DNA of 64,000 nt from Dictyostelium discoideum (lineage: Eukaryota). The DNA is taken from NCBI GenBank assembly GCA_000004695.1, contig CM000151.3:7872001-7936000 (forward strand), written 5' to 3'. The number at the start of each line of letters is the position of its first letter. The first letter of the stretch is position 1. Shown in pieces: positions 60,696-64,000 of the stretch. Both the position numbers and the translations under genes were made by a program. The notes under the pieces were generated by a model. The model ran no database searches, was not told the DNA's origin, and saw only the letters and a program-made list of their open reading frames with translations.

Positions 60696-62913
60696 TTAAA
60701 TAAAACCATGACCACCATCTAATAATGGATTAGTGGAATAACATACTGGAACTTTTTCACAACAATTTTCTTTATCAATTGGTACAGTTTTCATGGCACA
60801 ATGTAAACCTTTTCTTTCACAGTTTAGGTCTTCACAAGTTAAACAATCATTTCTACTTTTAACACAGCATTCTTCACCAAAGTGATTGATTCTACATTCA
60901 TGTTTTGGTGGACATCTTAATGAGCATTTTGGTGGTGGTCTATGGGCAACAACGCAACATTCTTTTCCATGTTGATCAACTTTACATTCATGGCCTGGTG
61001 GACATCTCAATGAACATTTATCGTGGTGAACTTTAACACAACATTCTTCACCAAAGTGGTTGACTCTACATTCATGTCTTGGTGGACATCTTAAAGAGCA
61101 TTTTGGTGGTGGTCTATGGGCAACAACGCAACATTCTTTTCCATGTTGATCAACTTTACATTCATGGCCTGGTGGGCATCTCTTATTACATTTTTCATGT
61201 TGTGGTGGGTGTGGTCTTTCTGAACGGACACAACATTTTGAACCATCATGTCTAATTTTACATTCAAAACCTCTACCACAATCTAAATCACAAACTTCAT
61301 CACAATGAATCTTTACACAACATTTTTTACCATGATCATCAAATTTACATTCATGTTTTGGTGGGCATCTTAATGAACAAACTTCTGGTGGTGGTGGTCT
61401 ATGGGATCTGACGCAACATTCTTTACCATTGTGATCAACTTTACATTCATGGCCATGTGGACATCTTAATGAACATCTATCATGGTGAACCTTTACACAG
61501 CATTGATGACCTTGGTCATTAAATCTACATTCATGATTTGGTGGACATCTTAAAGAGCAAACTGGTGGTTTTGGTGGTTGAGTTGGACCACTTGGAACAC
61601 ATTTAGCAGTTTTACCATCTTTACATTCACAATAGAAACCATCTGGACAATTTACATTTGAACATGGGTTAGTGTTACCACCTGATGTACTTGATGAACC
61701 GGTTGTTGGACTTGGAACACATTTAGCAGTTTTACCATCTTTACATTCACAATGGAAACCATCTGGACAAGTTACATCTTTACATGGATCTGGATGACCA
61801 CCTGATGTACTTGATGAACCGGTTGTTGGACTTGGAACACATTTAGCAGTTTTACCATCTTTACATTCACAATGGAAACCATCTGGACAGTCAACATCTC
61901 TACATGGATCTGGATGACCACCTGATGTACCTGTTGATGAACTACCGCCTGATGTACCTCCTCCATTTGGTACACAATTTACGCCATTACTATCCTCTAC
62001 ACAAATATGTCCAATTGGACATAAGGTTGTTAAACATGATGATACACCAGCAGTTGATGAACTGGTTCCTGGTAAACCTGTTCCACCAGTTGTTGATGCA
62101 AGACAAGTTGCAACATCATTTACCATTGAACAATGATAACCTTCTGGACAATGTGTAGTTGAACATGAACTTACACCACCTGATGAACTACCACTTGATG
62201 AACTACCTGATGTACCACCTGATGAACTACCACCTGATGTACCACCTGATGAACTACCACCTGATGTACCACCTGATGAACCACCACCAGATGTTGAACT
62301 ACCAGAGCTTAAACCTTCACCTTTTTTTATAAATTTAAGAAATGAAAAAAATTAATATATTTAGATTTTATTTTATTTTATTTTATTTTATTTTTTTTAA
62401 TCTTTTTACTTACAAATTGATTCACCTGGGCAACAGGAAGTTGGATTTGAACAAGAGTTCTTTTGGAAACTACATGATTTACCTAATAAGGCACATTCTT
62501 TAATCTTGGCATCAGAACAAGAATACTCGGTTGGAGTTGTAATTTTAATAAATCCATCAAGATTGAAGCATTTATTTGATACTTCAACAACTTGGTTATT
62601 GGATGAATTTCTATAACAACTATTTTCATATGTACAAGTATCAAATGTACCTTTAGAGCAAGCCCATTTTTGTTCACCACAACATGGTGTATAATTTATA
62701 ACAATACATTCCGAAGATTTATGACATTCTTCTTCATTAGTAATTTTATTACAATCTAAAATTAAAAAAAAAAAATAAAAAAAAAAAATTTTATATTAAT
62801 ATTTTATATTATATTAAAATATTATAAATCTAATATCAATTTATACCCGTCGCATAGGATTTTGATACAAGGAATATCATAAAAAATACTCCAATATTTT
62901 TTAGAAACAACAT
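60696..62913 (-). CDS. Secreted cysteine-rich repeat protein, paralogue of 30745-32138, 3 exons 62913..62847, 62755..62414, 62320..60696, ~675 aa
   Basis: Signal peptide MLFLKNIGVFFMIFLVSKSYA. N-terminal 12-Cys domain. (SSGGTSGG)n linker. 3x C-x-DV-x-CPDGFHCECKDGKTAKCVPS modules, then ~9x C-SLRCPP-x-HECK-x-D-x-HGKECCV modules of the same type as the 30745 gene. Donors GTATAA/GTAAGT, phases 1 and 1. Confidence 0.7.
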
Positions 62914-64000
62914 CCTTTATTATTTTTTTATTTTTAACTTAGTTAGTTATTGTTTTTTTTTTAATTTGAATTGATTAAAAATAAAATTGAATAATGAATT
63001 AAAAAAAAAAAAAAATATTAATTATTAATACTTTTTTTTTTTTTTGGTTTTTTATTTATTTATTTTTTTTTTTTTATTTATTCAATTTTAAATTTAAAAA
63101 AAAAAAAATAATAAATTATTATTATTGTGCATAATTTATTATTAATTTATTTGATTGTAATTCAGAAAATAGCAAAAAATTAAGAACAACACCACGCACA
63201 TTCACAGCTGTGTAGTAAATTTGGTATATATTAAAAAAACACTACCATAGTGGTAAATATATAATAGTAGCAATTGATATATTTCTACCACTACATATTT
63301 ATTATTCAATTTTTTTTTTTTTTCCCACTCACCCACCTCTGCCACTCTATTATACAAATCTCACCTATATTATTTTTTTTTTTTTACAAATTAACACAAA
63401 AAACAACAAATAAAAAAAATTATGTTTTTTCATATATACATTCATTGTGGGGTATCTATTTTATATCATTGATTTTTTTTCCTTCATTATTTTTAATCAA
63501 CACCCTTTTCATATAATTATTTTTAACATACCCCAAATTTAAACACACAAAAAAAAAAAAAAAAAAAAATTAAATAATTTAAATGAAAAAAGTTATAATG
63601 TACCAATTTACAAATTGAAATTAAAAAAAGCGTATATTATTTATTATTATTATTATTTTTATTTTTATTATTTTTATTATTATTATTAACTTTTTCATTT
63701 TTACAAAAAAAAAAAAAAATAAAATAAAAATAAAATAAAATAAAATATAATATAAAGAAAAAAATAATACTAAATTTAAGAAATCAAATTTGAATAAAAA
63801 TAGGTGTTGGGAATTAATGATACTTACCTTCCCCAATAAACATTTTAGTTTTATTGACATTAATAACAATTTTTAAATTTTTAATATTTTTATTTTGTTT
63901 TATTGAAACATTAAAACAATTTCAATTTATTAATTTAATATAAATCGATTGAAAATTAATTGGAGAAAATTGATTATTATTTTTTTAAAAAAATTTGTTA

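Overview
The window is AT-rich (about 75-80 % A+T) eukaryotic nuclear DNA with long homopolymer runs, (AAT)n/(CAA)n coding repeats and short GT..AG introns. Several complete TRE5-A retrotransposons are present, so I read it as Dictyostelium discoideum chromosomal DNA. The first ~15.5 kb is a retroelement pile-up built on Pol III genes. It holds a tRNA-Ser(AGA) gene with three TRE5-A insertions stacked at one site 46 bp upstream, all sharing the same 16-bp target-site duplication: a TRE5-A.2-type deletion copy, a full-length TRE5-A.1 and C-module remnants. It also holds a further TRE5-A.2 copy cut by the window edge, a solo C-module, a fragment of a non-A TRE5 family member, an internally deleted LTR retrotransposon and a 5-prime-truncated 5S rRNA retropseudogene. 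The LTR element has 268-bp LTRs and its PBS matches the 3-prime end of this tRNA-Ser. The remaining ~48 kb is ordinary gene-dense Dictyostelium DNA. I identified a NAP/SET-family protein, a MARK-family kinase (UBA + KA1), a PABPN1 homologue, an FHA-domain protein, an SRRT/ARS2 homologue, a bacterial-type glycerate kinase, an MPP6 homologue, a NUBP2/Cfd1 homologue, TOM40, SRP receptor alpha (with an apparent 1-nt frameshift) and a PHO80-like cyclin. Several secreted cysteine-rich proteins are present, including two paralogues 30 kb apart, plus hypothetical proteins. Two gene-free stretches of about 3.5 kb are full of homopolymers; one contains a cluster of short GC-core palindromes. The six-frame track uses non-ATG starts and carries many spurious antisense and homopolymer ORFs. 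Exon/intron structures below were derived by hand from splice motifs and protein-family alignment, so exon ends may be off by a few nucleotides.
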